Source: Planctomycetota bacterium (GTDB lineage Bacteria; Planctomycetota; UBA1135; UBA2386). Taken from it: 64,000 nt of DNA. Both the position numbers and the translations under genes were made by a program. The DNA lies in the NCBI GenBank assembly GCA_020425925.1, contig JAGQRB010000304.1, forward strand, positions 5,243-69,242, written 5' to 3'. This document shows, piece by piece, positions 43,112 through 52,040 of this stretch (position 1 is its first letter; every line of letters begins with the position of its first letter). The notes beneath the pieces were generated by a model. It made no database searches, had not been told where the DNA came from, and saw nothing but the letters and a program-made list of their open reading frames with translations.

Positions 43112-46100
43112 ATGAACCACCCGCTCTCCACCACGGCGATCGCGCTCGCGATCGCCGCGCCCGTTCCGGCCCAAGGCCAGCCGACCCAGCGCGAGCCCGT
43201 TCCGGCCACCGACGCGCTCGAGTATCGCTGCATCGGGCCGAGCCGAGGTGGCCGCGTCACCGCGGTCGCGGGCGTCGAGCAACAGCCGGGCACCTTCTAC
43301 ATGGGGGCGACCGGTGGCGGTGTCTGGAAGACCTCCGACTGGGGGCAGCAATGGCGCAACGTCAGCGACGGCAGCTTCGCATCGCCGTCGATCGGCGCGA
43401 TCGCGGTCGCGCACGCGGATCCCGAGGTGGTCTGGGTCGGCACCGGCTCCGACGGTCTGCGCAGCAACGTGATCCCCGGTCGCGGCGTCTACAAGTCGAC
43501 CGACGGTGGCGAGACCTGGCGGTGCTGCGGGCTCGAGGCGACCGGTCACATCGGCGCCGTCGTGATCGACCCGACGCGCACCGACACCGTGTTCGTTGCC
43601 GCGATCGGCAACGCGTTCGCGCCGAACGACGAACGCGGGGTGTACCGCACGACCGACGGCGGTACGAGCTGGCAGCGCGTCCTGCATGTCTCGAACACCT
43701 GCGGCGCGGTGGACCTCGAGCTGCACCCGGCCGACCCCGCGACGGTCTACGCGTCGATGTGGGAGACCGTTCGCAAGCCGTGGACGATCGTCAGCGGTGG
43801 CACGCAGGGTGGCGTCTGGCGCAGCACCGATGCCGGTGACGGCTGGCAACAGCTCGGCGGCGGGCTGCCGACCGGCGTCGTCGGCAAGAGTGATCTCGCG
43901 GTCTCGCGCGCCGAGCCCGACCGGCTCTGGGTGCTGATCGAGGCCGCGACGAAGCCCGGGCTCTACCGTTCCGACGATCGCGGCGCGACGTTCGAGCTGG
44001 TGTCGTCGGAACGGGGGCTCCTGCTGCGGCCGTTCTACTACTGCAACGTCGACTGCGATCCGAGCGATGCCGACCACCTGTTCGTGTCGGCCACCGGCTA
44101 TCACGAATCGGCCGACGGTGGTCGCACCTGGCGACGGCGGTCGACGCCGCATGGCGACAACCACGGCGTCTGGATCGATCCAACCAACCCGAGGGTGATG
44201 ATCCAGTGCAACGACGGCGGCGCCAACGTCACGATCGACGGCGGCCGGACCTGGTCGACGCAGAACAACCAGTCGACCGCCGAGATCTATCAGGTCGCGG
44301 TCGACGACCGCTTCCCGTACTGGGTCTACGGCGGGCAGCAGGACAACAGCACGATCCGCGTGCCGAGCCGGTCACCGGGCAGCGCGGCGGCCGGCGATCC
44401 GGGCTACTGGGAGGTCGTCGGCGGCTGTGAGACCGGGCCGGTGGTGCCCAAACCCGGCGATCCCGACATCGTCTACGCCAACTGCAAGGGCCGCTTCGGG
44501 GTCTACGACCACCGGCTGCGGCAGGAACGGCAGTACTACGTCGGCGCCGCCAATCTCTACGGTCACGATCCGAAGGACCTCGCGTACCGCTTCCAGCGCG
44601 TCGCACCGATCACGGTGTCGCCGCACGATCCGAACGTGGTCTACCACGGCTCGCAGTTCGTGCACCGGACCGACGACGGCGGCGTGCACTGGCAGCGGAT
44701 CTCGCCCGATCTCACCGCCAACGAGCCCGGCAAGCAGGTCGTCTCGGGCGAGCCGATCACGCGCGACATCACCGGCGAGGAGTACTACTCGACGCTCTAC
44801 GAGATCGCCGAGTCGCCGGTCCGGGCCGGCGTGATCTGGGCCGGCAGCAACGATGGTCCGATCCATGTCACCCAGAACGGCGGCAGCGAGTGGTTGGACG
44901 TGACGCCCGCGATGCCGCCCGGCGGGCGCGTGCAGACGATCGAGCCGTCGTGGCGCGCGGCCGGCACGGCCTACGCCTGCGTGCTGCGCTACCAGCTCGG
45001 CGATCCGGCGCCCTGGGTCTGGCGGACGACGGACTTCGGCGCGAGCTGGCGGCGCATCGTGAGCGGCCTGCCCGACGACTGCCCGGTGCGCGTGCTGCGC
45101 GAGGATCCGCAGGATCCGAACGTGCTGTACCTCGGCGCCGATCACGGCATGTTCGTGTCGCTCGACGCTGGCGACTCGTGGCGGCCGTTCCAGCAGAACC
45201 TGCCGATCGTGCCGGTGACCGACCTCGTGATCCACGACGACGACCTCGTGCTGTCGACGATGGGGCGCTCGTTCTGGATCCTCGACGACGTATCGCCGGT
45301 GCGCTCGCTGCGCGCGCTCGACGCTGGCGCGGTGACGCTGCTACCGCCGCGTCCGGCGGTGCGCACGCGGCTGCGCGGCGCCGCTGCGACCGTGCACTAT
45401 GTCCTGCCCGACGGTGTCGAGGAACTGCGGCTGGAGATCTACGCGCTCGGTGATGGCGAACCGCGCCTGGTCCGTTCGTTCGCCGCGCGCGAGCGGGCGG
45501 AACGCGGCGAACGCGGCGGTAAGGGCGGCGACGAGGGCGAGTCCGAACCGGATGGCGGTGGCGGCGATGGCGAGGAAGGCGAGATGCGCGGTCCACGGCG
45601 CCGTGGGGGCCGCGCCGGCGGGCTGCCGGCCGGCCCGGGTCTGCAGCGCTTCCGCTGGGATCTGCGCGCCGATGCCGAACGCGGCCGCGGACCGTTGGTC
45701 GCGCCGGGTGACTACGAGCTGCGGCTGGTGCACGCCGGCGGGCAGAGCGTGCAGCGCCTCGCGGTCGGACTCGATCCGCGCCTCGCCGCGGCCGGGATCA
45801 CCGTCGCCGACCTCCGGGCGCAGTCGGAGCTCATCCTGCGTCTGCAGGCGGTGCAGCAGCGCGCGGGTGCGCTGGTCGGCCGCGTCGACGAGCTCGAGGC
45901 CGGCGACCTCGACGAGGATCGGAAGGCGCGCCTCGCGGCGGTCAAGGCGCGGCTCGTCGACCAGCGCGGCATCGAGTACCCGCAGCCGATGCTGGTCGCG
46001 CAGCTGCGCTACCTGGCGTCGATGCTCGACCGCGCCGATCAGCGCCCGGGGCAGGACGCGTACGGGCGGCTCGAGGAACTCGAGACCGAGCTCTCGCGGT

Positions 46101-46129
46101 GCGAGGCCGAGGTCGCCGCGCTCGAGTGA
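43112..46129 (+). CDS. Secreted BNR/Asp-box repeat protein (sortilin/VPS10-like, GH74-like double propeller) with a C-terminal helical region
   Basis: At least 10 Asp-box motifs of the form S/T-x-D-x-G-x-T/S-W: YKSTDGGETW, YRTTDGGTSW, WRSTDAGDGW, SADGGRTW, TIDGGRTW, RTDDGGVHW, TQNGGSEW, TTDFGASW, SLDAGDSW. The signal peptide ends in VPAQ. Confidence 0.9.
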   Translation: MNHPLSTTAIALAIAAPVPAQGQPTQREPVPATDALEYRCIGPSRGGRVTAVAGVEQQPGTFYMGATGGGVWKTSDWGQQWRNVSDGSFASPSIGAIAVAHADPEVVWVGTGSDGLRSNVIPGRGVYKSTDGGETWRCCGLEATGHIGAVVIDPTRTDTVFVAAIGNAFAPNDERGVYRTTDGGTSWQRVLHVSNTCGAVDLELHPADPATVYASMWETVRKPWTIVSGGTQGGVWRSTDAGDGWQQLGGGLPTGVVGKSDLAVSRAEPDRLWVLIEAATKPGLYRSDDRGATFELVSSERGLLLRPFYYCNVDCDPSDADHLFVSATGYHESADGGRTWRRRSTPHGDNHGVWIDPTNPRVMIQCNDGGANVTIDGGRTWSTQNNQSTAEIYQVAVDDRFPYWVYGGQQDNSTIRVPSRSPGSAAAGDPGYWEVVGGCETGPVVPKPGDPDIVYANCKGRFGVYDHRLRQERQYYVGAANLYGHDPKDLAYRFQRVAPITVSPHDPNVVYHGSQFVHRTDDGGVHWQRISPDLTANEPGKQVVSGEPITRDITGEEYYSTLYEIAESPVRAGVIWAGSNDGPIHVTQNGGSEWLDVTPAMPPGGRVQTIEPSWRAAGTAYACVLRYQLGDPAPWVWRTTDFGASWRRIVSGLPDDCPVRVLREDPQDPNVLYLGADHGMFVSLDAGDSWRPFQQNLPIVPVTDLVIHDDDLVLSTMGRSFWILDDVSPVRSLRALDAGAVTLLPPRPAVRTRLRGAAATVHYVLPDGVEELRLEIYALGDGEPRLVRSFAARERAERGERGGKGGDEGESEPDGGGGDGEEGEMRGPRRRGGRAGGLPAGPGLQRFRWDLRADAERGRGPLVAPGDYELRLVHAGGQSVQRLAVGLDPRLAAAGITVADLRAQSELILRLQAVQQRAGALVGRVDELEAGDLDEDRKARLAAVKARLVDQRGIEYPQPMLVAQLRYLASMLDRADQRPGQDAYGRLEELETELSRCEAEVAALE

Positions 46130-46131
46130 CC

Positions 46132-47820
46132 CTACGACTCGACGGTCAACTCGACCTCGGTGGCGCTACCGTCGTCGAGGTCGATCGACTGACCCTGCGC
46201 GCCGGCGTCGGACCATACCCAGTAATTGCCGGCCGGCAGCGCGCGCACGGCGAACCGGCCGCGACGATCGGCATGCAGCAGAACCGGAGGGGACAGGCCG
46301 CGGCGCATCGACTTCACCGATACCAGCGCGCCCGCCACGGGCGCACCGGTACGGTCGACGACGGCGCCGCGCAGTTCTGCCGCAGGCTGCAGCTCCAGCG
46401 TCCCGAGATCGCTCGGCGAGCCGGGTTGCAGCGTCGTCTCGAAGGTCCCGAATCCGCTCGGGCCGCGCGCGACGAGCGCGAGCGAGGTCGGCGGATCGAG
46501 CCGCAGCGAGCGCATCACGACGCCGCCGTCGAGCCCGCTGATGCCACTGCCGATCGCGACCCAGTTGCCACCGGTCTCGGCCTTCGACAGCGTCACGAGG
46601 CAGCCGGGAGCCGGCGCACCGCGCGGATCGACGAGCTGCAGGCGCAGCGTCGTCGCAGGGCGGACCTCGAGCTCGATCTCGCCGTTCGGATCCGGCGCCT
46701 GGACGAACCAGACGGCGTTGGCGTTGTTGCCGACCAGCACGACCTCGGGTGACATCGAGCGCAGCGCGAAGCGGCCGTCGCGATCGTCGTAGTCGATCGG
46801 CGACTGGATCGTGAACGTGCCGTCCGGCCGCGAGACGCAGGCGGCGCGGCGCGAATTGATCTGCGGCGCCCGACTCATCGGCTGCACCAGCAGCGGCACA
46901 CCGCCGACCGGGGCACCGTCGGCATCCCGCAGCGTGCCCCGGATCCGGCCCTCCGGCTCGCCGAGTCGGAGGCGGGGGCTGAGCGAGCCGGTGCCGACCG
47001 GCACGACCCGCTCGCACGGGAGCGTTGTCGCTCCCGGCAGGACGAGCCACGCGTGCAGGTCGTCGGCGATCGTCCAGCCGTTGACCTGCCACTGGCCTGG
47101 CTCGACCTGTCGAGGCCGTGCGAGCGGCGGCGGCAGCGGCGTCTCGAACCCGAAGTGGCGTGCGACGACGTGGAGCTCGGCGGCGGCGAGTTGTTCGGCC
47201 GTGGCGCCGTCGAGCGCGAACGTGCACCACTCCGCTTCGTCGCGCTTCACGACGCAGTCGAGCGCCGCGTCGGTTCGGCCGTCGACCTTGCCGGCGAACG
47301 CCTGGGCGTCGTGGCGATCGGTCCATGCCCGCACCAACACCTCGCCGAACGGCACGTGCTCGAGTTCGTAGTGCCCCTCGGCATCGGCCTGTGCGCGGCA
47401 GTGCATGTGTGCCCGCCGGTCGCGGCAGTCGGGCGATGCGAGCACCCACGCGCCGGCGACCGGTTCGCCGAGATCGTCCCGCACGACGCCGGTGACCTTT
47501 CGCGCGGGGCCGGTGCGCACCGTCACGAAGCCGCGCTTCTCGCCCCAGAGATCGACGAGCTCCGCGCCGATGTCCGGCGCGTCGGTCGTCGCGCGGACCA
47601 GCACGTACTGCGCCGGGACCTTCGTGAACAGGAACGCGCCGCTGCCGTCGCTGCGCGTCGTCGCCGTGATGACACCGTCGTGCTCGACGACGATCTCGGC
47701 ATTCGCGACCGGTTCGTGCATCGGGTCGACGACGAGGCCCTCGAGTCGCGCGGTGTCCTGCGCCGCAACCGGCAGGGCGAGCAGGAACGCAGCGGCCTGC
47801 AGACGGCTGCAGGCGTTCAT
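46132..47820 (-). CDS. Secreted protein made of carboxypeptidase-regulatory-like (CarboxypepD_reg) beta-sandwich repeats, paralog B
   Basis: Signal peptide MNACSRLQAAAFLLALPVAAQ. Repeated G-x-V-x-D-x-x-G-x-P-V-x-G-A pattern (LEGLVVDPMHEPVANAEI, TGVVRDDLGEPVAGAWV, RGAVVDRTGAPVAGALV). The first ~130 aa are highly similar to the upstream paralog. Confidence 0.8.
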   Translation of the reverse strand: MNACSRLQAAAFLLALPVAAQDTARLEGLVVDPMHEPVANAEIVVEHDGVITATTRSDGSGAFLFTKVPAQYVLVRATTDAPDIGAELVDLWGEKRGFVTVRTGPARKVTGVVRDDLGEPVAGAWVLASPDCRDRRAHMHCRAQADAEGHYELEHVPFGEVLVRAWTDRHDAQAFAGKVDGRTDAALDCVVKRDEAEWCTFALDGATAEQLAAAELHVVARHFGFETPLPPPLARPRQVEPGQWQVNGWTIADDLHAWLVLPGATTLPCERVVPVGTGSLSPRLRLGEPEGRIRGTLRDADGAPVGGVPLLVQPMSRAPQINSRRAACVSRPDGTFTIQSPIDYDDRDGRFALRSMSPEVVLVGNNANAVWFVQAPDPNGEIELEVRPATTLRLQLVDPRGAPAPGCLVTLSKAETGGNWVAIGSGISGLDGGVVMRSLRLDPPTSLALVARGPSGFGTFETTLQPGSPSDLGTLELQPAAELRGAVVDRTGAPVAGALVSVKSMRRGLSPPVLLHADRRGRFAVRALPAGNYWVWSDAGAQGQSIDLDDGSATEVELTVES

Positions 47821-49508
47821 CGCAGCGTGAGTTCGACCTCGGTGGTCGCGCCAGCGTCGACGTGGTACTGGAAGACCGGCGGCTGCTTCGGCCCGGCCAG
47901 CACGAAGGTGTAGTCGCCGCCCTTCAAGCCGCGGATCACGAAGTTGCCGTCGCGGTCGCAGGCCACGCCGTGGATCGGTTGCTGGAACACCGGCGGCCAG
48001 ACACGCTGGATCACGATCGGCGCGCCGGCGACCGGTGCACCGGCGGCATCGACCACGCGGCCGCGCAGCTCGCTCGGGGGCTCGAGTCGGAACTTTCCGA
48101 GTCGGATGTCACCGCGGCGGGCGATCTTCGTGTCGAATACGCCATCACCCTCCGGCCCGTTCATCGCGAGCCGCAACTCGACCGGGGTCGGCAGCGTCAG
48201 GCAATCGATGTCGACGCTGCCGTCGAGGCGACTGACCCCCACACCGAGCTGCCGTTCGCGGCCGTGGTCGTCGCGAACCGAGACCGCGACGTAGGTGCCT
48301 GGCGCCGGCGTGCCGTCGTCGCGCGTGACATCGAGTCGCACCGCATCGGCCGGCGCGGCCCAGAGCCGCCATTCCTTGCCGACCTCCTGGTCGCCGACGA
48401 ACCAGACCGGGTTGCTGTCGTTGCCGGCGAGCACTGTGCCGGCGGACATCGAGCGGATCGCGAGCTTGTGGCCCGCGACGACCGGCGACTGCACCGTGAA
48501 CGAGCCGTCGGCGGCGGTCACGGCGACGCGGCGGTACGCGTTCACGATTACGAACTCGCCGAACGGCTGCAGCAGCAGCGCGCAGCCCGCGACCGGCTTG
48601 CCAGCGGCATCGGTCAGCCGACCCGTGACCCGGCACTCGGGGTCGCCGAGCACGAACCGCCGCGTCGATGCGCCGAGACCGCCTTCGACCCAGTGTGCCG
48701 GCGGCCACATGATCGCGCCGTCGAGCACCACGAACGCCGCGGTCGCGTCGGCGCGGGCCCAGCCGCGCAGCTCCCAGCGGCCGGGCTCACCGGCGCGCGG
48801 GCGGGCGAGCGCGGGTGGCAGCGGGACCGGTGAGCCCGCGGAGAACGCCAGCATCCGCAGCTCGGCGAGTGCCACCCGTTCGGGCGTCGCGCCGTCGAGC
48901 CGGTAGCTCTGCCAGTCGTCCTCGTCGCGCGGCAGCTCGCAGTCGAGCGTCTCGTCGCTGCTGTCCATGAGCCGGCCCTCGAACGTCCCCGTGTCGGCAC
49001 GATCGCACCAGGCGCGCAAGTTGACCGAACCCATCGCGACGTGCGTCAGCTCGTAGCGGCCCTCACCGTCGGCCTGCGCGGTGCAGTGCGAGCTGGTCCG
49101 TTGCCACGGCGTCGGCGATGCGAGCACCCACGCGCCCGGGACGGGATTCCCGGCATCGTCGCGGACGACGCCGCCGACCCTGCGCGCCGGACCGGTGCGC
49201 ACGGTCACGAAACCGCGCCGTTCGCCCCAGAGGTCGATGCTCTCGGCACCGATGTCGGGTGCGTCGGTCGTCGCTCGCACGACGACGAACTGCGCCGGCA
49301 CCTTCGGGAACAGGAATGCGCCGCTGCCGTCCGAGCGCGTCGTCGCAACCGCGACGCCGTCGAGCTCGACGACTACTTCGGCGTTCTGCACCGGCTCGTG
49401 CAGCGGGTCGACGACGACGCCTTCGAGCCGGGTCTGCAGCGGGTCCTGGGACCGCGCGGCGAACGCTAGGAGCAGCAGCGCGAGAGGGAGAGGGGTCTCT
49501 GCTCGCAT
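47817..49508 (-). CDS. Secreted CarboxypepD_reg-like repeat protein, paralog A
   Basis: The signal peptide ends in AARSQ. The architecture matches 46132..47820. Its stop overlaps the start of the downstream paralog by 4 nt. Confidence 0.8.
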   Translation of the reverse strand: MRAETPLPLALLLLAFAARSQDPLQTRLEGVVVDPLHEPVQNAEVVVELDGVAVATTRSDGSGAFLFPKVPAQFVVVRATTDAPDIGAESIDLWGERRGFVTVRTGPARRVGGVVRDDAGNPVPGAWVLASPTPWQRTSSHCTAQADGEGRYELTHVAMGSVNLRAWCDRADTGTFEGRLMDSSDETLDCELPRDEDDWQSYRLDGATPERVALAELRMLAFSAGSPVPLPPALARPRAGEPGRWELRGWARADATAAFVVLDGAIMWPPAHWVEGGLGASTRRFVLGDPECRVTGRLTDAAGKPVAGCALLLQPFGEFVIVNAYRRVAVTAADGSFTVQSPVVAGHKLAIRSMSAGTVLAGNDSNPVWFVGDQEVGKEWRLWAAPADAVRLDVTRDDGTPAPGTYVAVSVRDDHGRERQLGVGVSRLDGSVDIDCLTLPTPVELRLAMNGPEGDGVFDTKIARRGDIRLGKFRLEPPSELRGRVVDAAGAPVAGAPIVIQRVWPPVFQQPIHGVACDRDGNFVIRGLKGGDYTFVLAGPKQPPVFQYHVDAGATTEVELTLR

Positions 49509-49534
49509 GCCGCGATGTTACCGCGGCGACCGCA

Positions 49535-50095
49535 TCAGCGCTGGCCGTCGGGCGGCGGCACGGTCGGCTGCACGCAGATGCGGCCTTGGATCGCCTGCTC
49601 CTCGGGCGTCGGCGGGACGAGGTCGCCCATGATCGCGATCTCGCCCTGAAGCTGCGGCTGGTCGACCGGCTGGCCCATCGTCGCCGGATCGGCGGGGGTC
49701 ACCGGGGTCGCTGGGGCCGCACCCACCGCCGGTTCGCGCGGCTCGCTGCGGCAGCCGAGGAACGCGAACGCGGCGGTGCACATCGCGACCAGGCGCGATG
49801 CCGTTCGCCGCAGCCGCTGCCGCAGTCCGACCGGGCAGTCGCGGGTGAGCACGGTGCCATCGGCGCGACGCGTGAACCGTACGCAGAGTCGCCGACTGCT
49901 GCCGTCGTCGCCGCCGAGCCGTGACCGCACCAGGGCTTCGGCTTCCGGCCGTGTCAGCGCGCTGAGATCGAACACGTGCAGCGAGCACTGCGAGCAGAAG
50001 CGACAGCGGTCGTCGCCCTGCATGGCGTTCCAGTCGGCAGTGCAGGGCGCGGCAACATCGATGGTATCGAGCCAGGCGGTCGGGTCTTTCTTCAT
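49535..50095 (-). CDS. Small membrane protein with an N-terminal 4-Cys (zinc-ribbon-like) motif, one TM helix and a Pro-rich C-terminal tail
   Basis: C-x13-C-x2-C-x2-C (APCTADWNAMQGDDRCRFCSQCSLHVFDLS). The TM helix is LVAMCTAAFAFLG. The family is not confidently named. Confidence 0.65.
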   Translation of the reverse strand: MKKDPTAWLDTIDVAAPCTADWNAMQGDDRCRFCSQCSLHVFDLSALTRPEAEALVRSRLGGDDGSSRRLCVRFTRRADGTVLTRDCPVGLRQRLRRTASRLVAMCTAAFAFLGCRSEPREPAVGAAPATPVTPADPATMGQPVDQPQLQGEIAIMGDLVPPTPEEQAIQGRICVQPTVPPPDGQR

Positions 50096-50149
50096 GGCGG
50101 CAGCCTTCGACGCAGGCCGCAGGCACCAGTTCCCGAATCCGACGAGTCG

Positions 50150-50971
50150 CTACGGCATCGTCGGCGGTGGCGTCAGCAACACCTCGTCGCAGCCGGCCGG
50201 ATCGTCGAGTGCGAGCTCGTCGACCGTCGCCAGGAAGCCCTGGGTGTGCATCGCGCAGAACGCCTCGCAGGCGGTCGCGCCGGGCGCGAGCGGCGCGTGC
50301 GCGCGCGCCAGCGTGTCGACGATGTGGGCGTAGTCGAGGAACTCGAACTGCGAGGCGTAGAGCCGGATCAGCGCGACCTTCTCGGCGAGCTCGGCCGAGA
50401 TGTCGACGACGAGCCCGGGCGGCACGAACGACCAGACCTCGTAGCCGCAGACCGTCGGTGTGTGCGACGAACCGCGCAGCGCGTCGGCCAGCAGCAGGTT
50501 GGTGTAGCGGTGGTCGACGTGCTGGTCGGTGACCCACGGCAAGAACACGCCGTCGGGCCGGAACTCGTCGAGCTGTGCCCGTACCAGCGCCGTGATGTCG
50601 GCGCGGCGCGCCGGGTCGCGGAACGTCCGTTCGGGGCACGCCAGGATCACCGGCGACGGCAGCCCGAGGCGCTGCGAGACCGCCTCGGCCTCGGCGCGAC
50701 GGATGACGGCGAAATGCGCGTCGCGCGCCGGTTCGCCGACCGCGCTGCCGTCCGTGAGATAACACAGTCGCACCTGTCGGTCGGCCGCGAGCAGCTTCTG
50801 CAGCGTGCCGCCGCAGCCGATCTCGATGTCGTCGGGGTGCGGCGCGAGGAACAGCGAGCGCTGGAAGTCCGGGAACTCGACGATGCGGCGGTGGATGAAA
50901 TGGCGCAGCATCGCGCGGCTGCCGGCGAGGAAGCCGCGGGTCGCGGCGACGCGGTCGTCGCGCGCGTTCAT
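50150..50971 (-). CDS. PIG-L/LmbE-family deacetylase
   Basis: APHPDDIEIGCGGT (P-H-P-D-D motif) and HVDH. ATG at 50971 overlaps the upstream stop (ATGA). The rest of ORF 50150..51862 is Arg-rich junk. Confidence 0.85.
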   Translation of the reverse strand: MNARDDRVAATRGFLAGSRAMLRHFIHRRIVEFPDFQRSLFLAPHPDDIEIGCGGTLQKLLAADRQVRLCYLTDGSAVGEPARDAHFAVIRRAEAEAVSQRLGLPSPVILACPERTFRDPARRADITALVRAQLDEFRPDGVFLPWVTDQHVDHRYTNLLLADALRGSSHTPTVCGYEVWSFVPPGLVVDISAELAEKVALIRLYASQFEFLDYAHIVDTLARAHAPLAPGATACEAFCAMHTQGFLATVDELALDDPAGCDEVLLTPPPTMP

Positions 50972-51978
50972 CCGGCGCTCCCGATGCGGAACAGGAAGTC
51001 GCCGTCGCCCGGCGACAGCAACCAGTCCTTCGGGTCCACCGTGCCGCCGAGCAGCAGCAGCACCGGCTCGGGTGCGCCGGTCGGCATCGCGGTGAAGTCG
51101 TTCTCGTGCAGGATCGGCTGCAGCGACGGCCGCCGTTCGAGCGCGAAGATCGCCTCGAGCTCGCGTTCGCGCGCCGCGTCGGCGAGGGCCGCGAGCAGCG
51201 CGCGCGCCGCGGCGAGGTCGTGCGGTTCGACCGCGAGCTCGGCGACGTAACCCTGCGGCTCGGTCGGCGACAGCGTCAGCACCCCGAGGCCGCGCATCGC
51301 ACCGTCGTTCGCGCCGGCGGCTTCGAACGCGCCGAACACGACGTGCCGGACGTACGGGTCGCCGACGTAGCGCCAGCGCAGGTAGGCTGCGTCGCGCACG
51401 GTCACGAACCGATGGTGCGGCGCCAGGCGCGCCGCGAGGGCATCGCACTCGCCGCCGAAGCCGGTCAGCTGCCGCACTTCCAGCGCCGCGGCCGCCGCCG
51501 TCGGTGCGGCGGTCGGCAGCGAGCCGGGCCGCGCGAACAGCGCACCCTCGGCGGCGGCGTCGACGACGCCGGCGCCGCGTTCCTGCATCAGCGCGGTCGT
51601 CGCGGCCGTCGGCGAGGTGATGAAGCGGAAGCGCGAGCCCGCGGTTTCGACCATCGCGGCGGTGAGTCGGCGCCCGAGCCCGCGCCCGCGCAGCTCGGGC
51701 GCGACGCAGAAGTCGACGCCGCAGATCGCCGGGGTCGCGGTGCCGTCGATGTAGACCTTCGCCGGCAGCATGCCGTAGGTGCCGACGACCTCGCCGTCGA
51801 GCTCGGCGATCCAGCACGGCGGCATGCCGTCCTGACGCGCCGGGTTGTCGTCGAACGCCCACTTGCGGCGCACGCGCTCGCGCTCGAGGTCGAGGCCGTC
51901 GAAGCAGCGTGCCCGCAGCGCCAGCAGAGCGTCGAGGTCGCGGTCTTCGAACGGGCGGATGATCTCGGGGGCGGACAT
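50968..51978 (-). CDS. GNAT-family N-acetyltransferase
   Basis: VAPELRGRGLGRRL is the GNAT motif A (R-x-x-G-x-G). The start is the ATG giving MSAPEIIRPFEDRD. Confidence 0.8.
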   Translation of the reverse strand: MSAPEIIRPFEDRDLDALLALRARCFDGLDLERERVRRKWAFDDNPARQDGMPPCWIAELDGEVVGTYGMLPAKVYIDGTATPAICGVDFCVAPELRGRGLGRRLTAAMVETAGSRFRFITSPTAATTALMQERGAGVVDAAAEGALFARPGSLPTAAPTAAAAALEVRQLTGFGGECDALAARLAPHHRFVTVRDAAYLRWRYVGDPYVRHVVFGAFEAAGANDGAMRGLGVLTLSPTEPQGYVAELAVEPHDLAAARALLAALADAARERELEAIFALERRPSLQPILHENDFTAMPTGAPEPVLLLLGGTVDPKDWLLSPGDGDFLFRIGSAG

Positions 51979-52040
51979 GCGGAGCCGCGGGCTTACGTGC
52001 TGCGGGGCGCGGGTGTCAAGCGGCACGTCCGTCCGTTGCC

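Noticed and set aside
40243-43293. 1016-aa minus-strand ORF and 941-aa plus-strand alternate-frame ORF (40290..43115), both overlapping the beta-helix gene
   Set aside because: Both are Arg/Gly/Ala/Asp-rich low-complexity translations. The frame of 40597..43056 has a signal peptide, coherent repeats, the shared tail and the correct GC3 phase.
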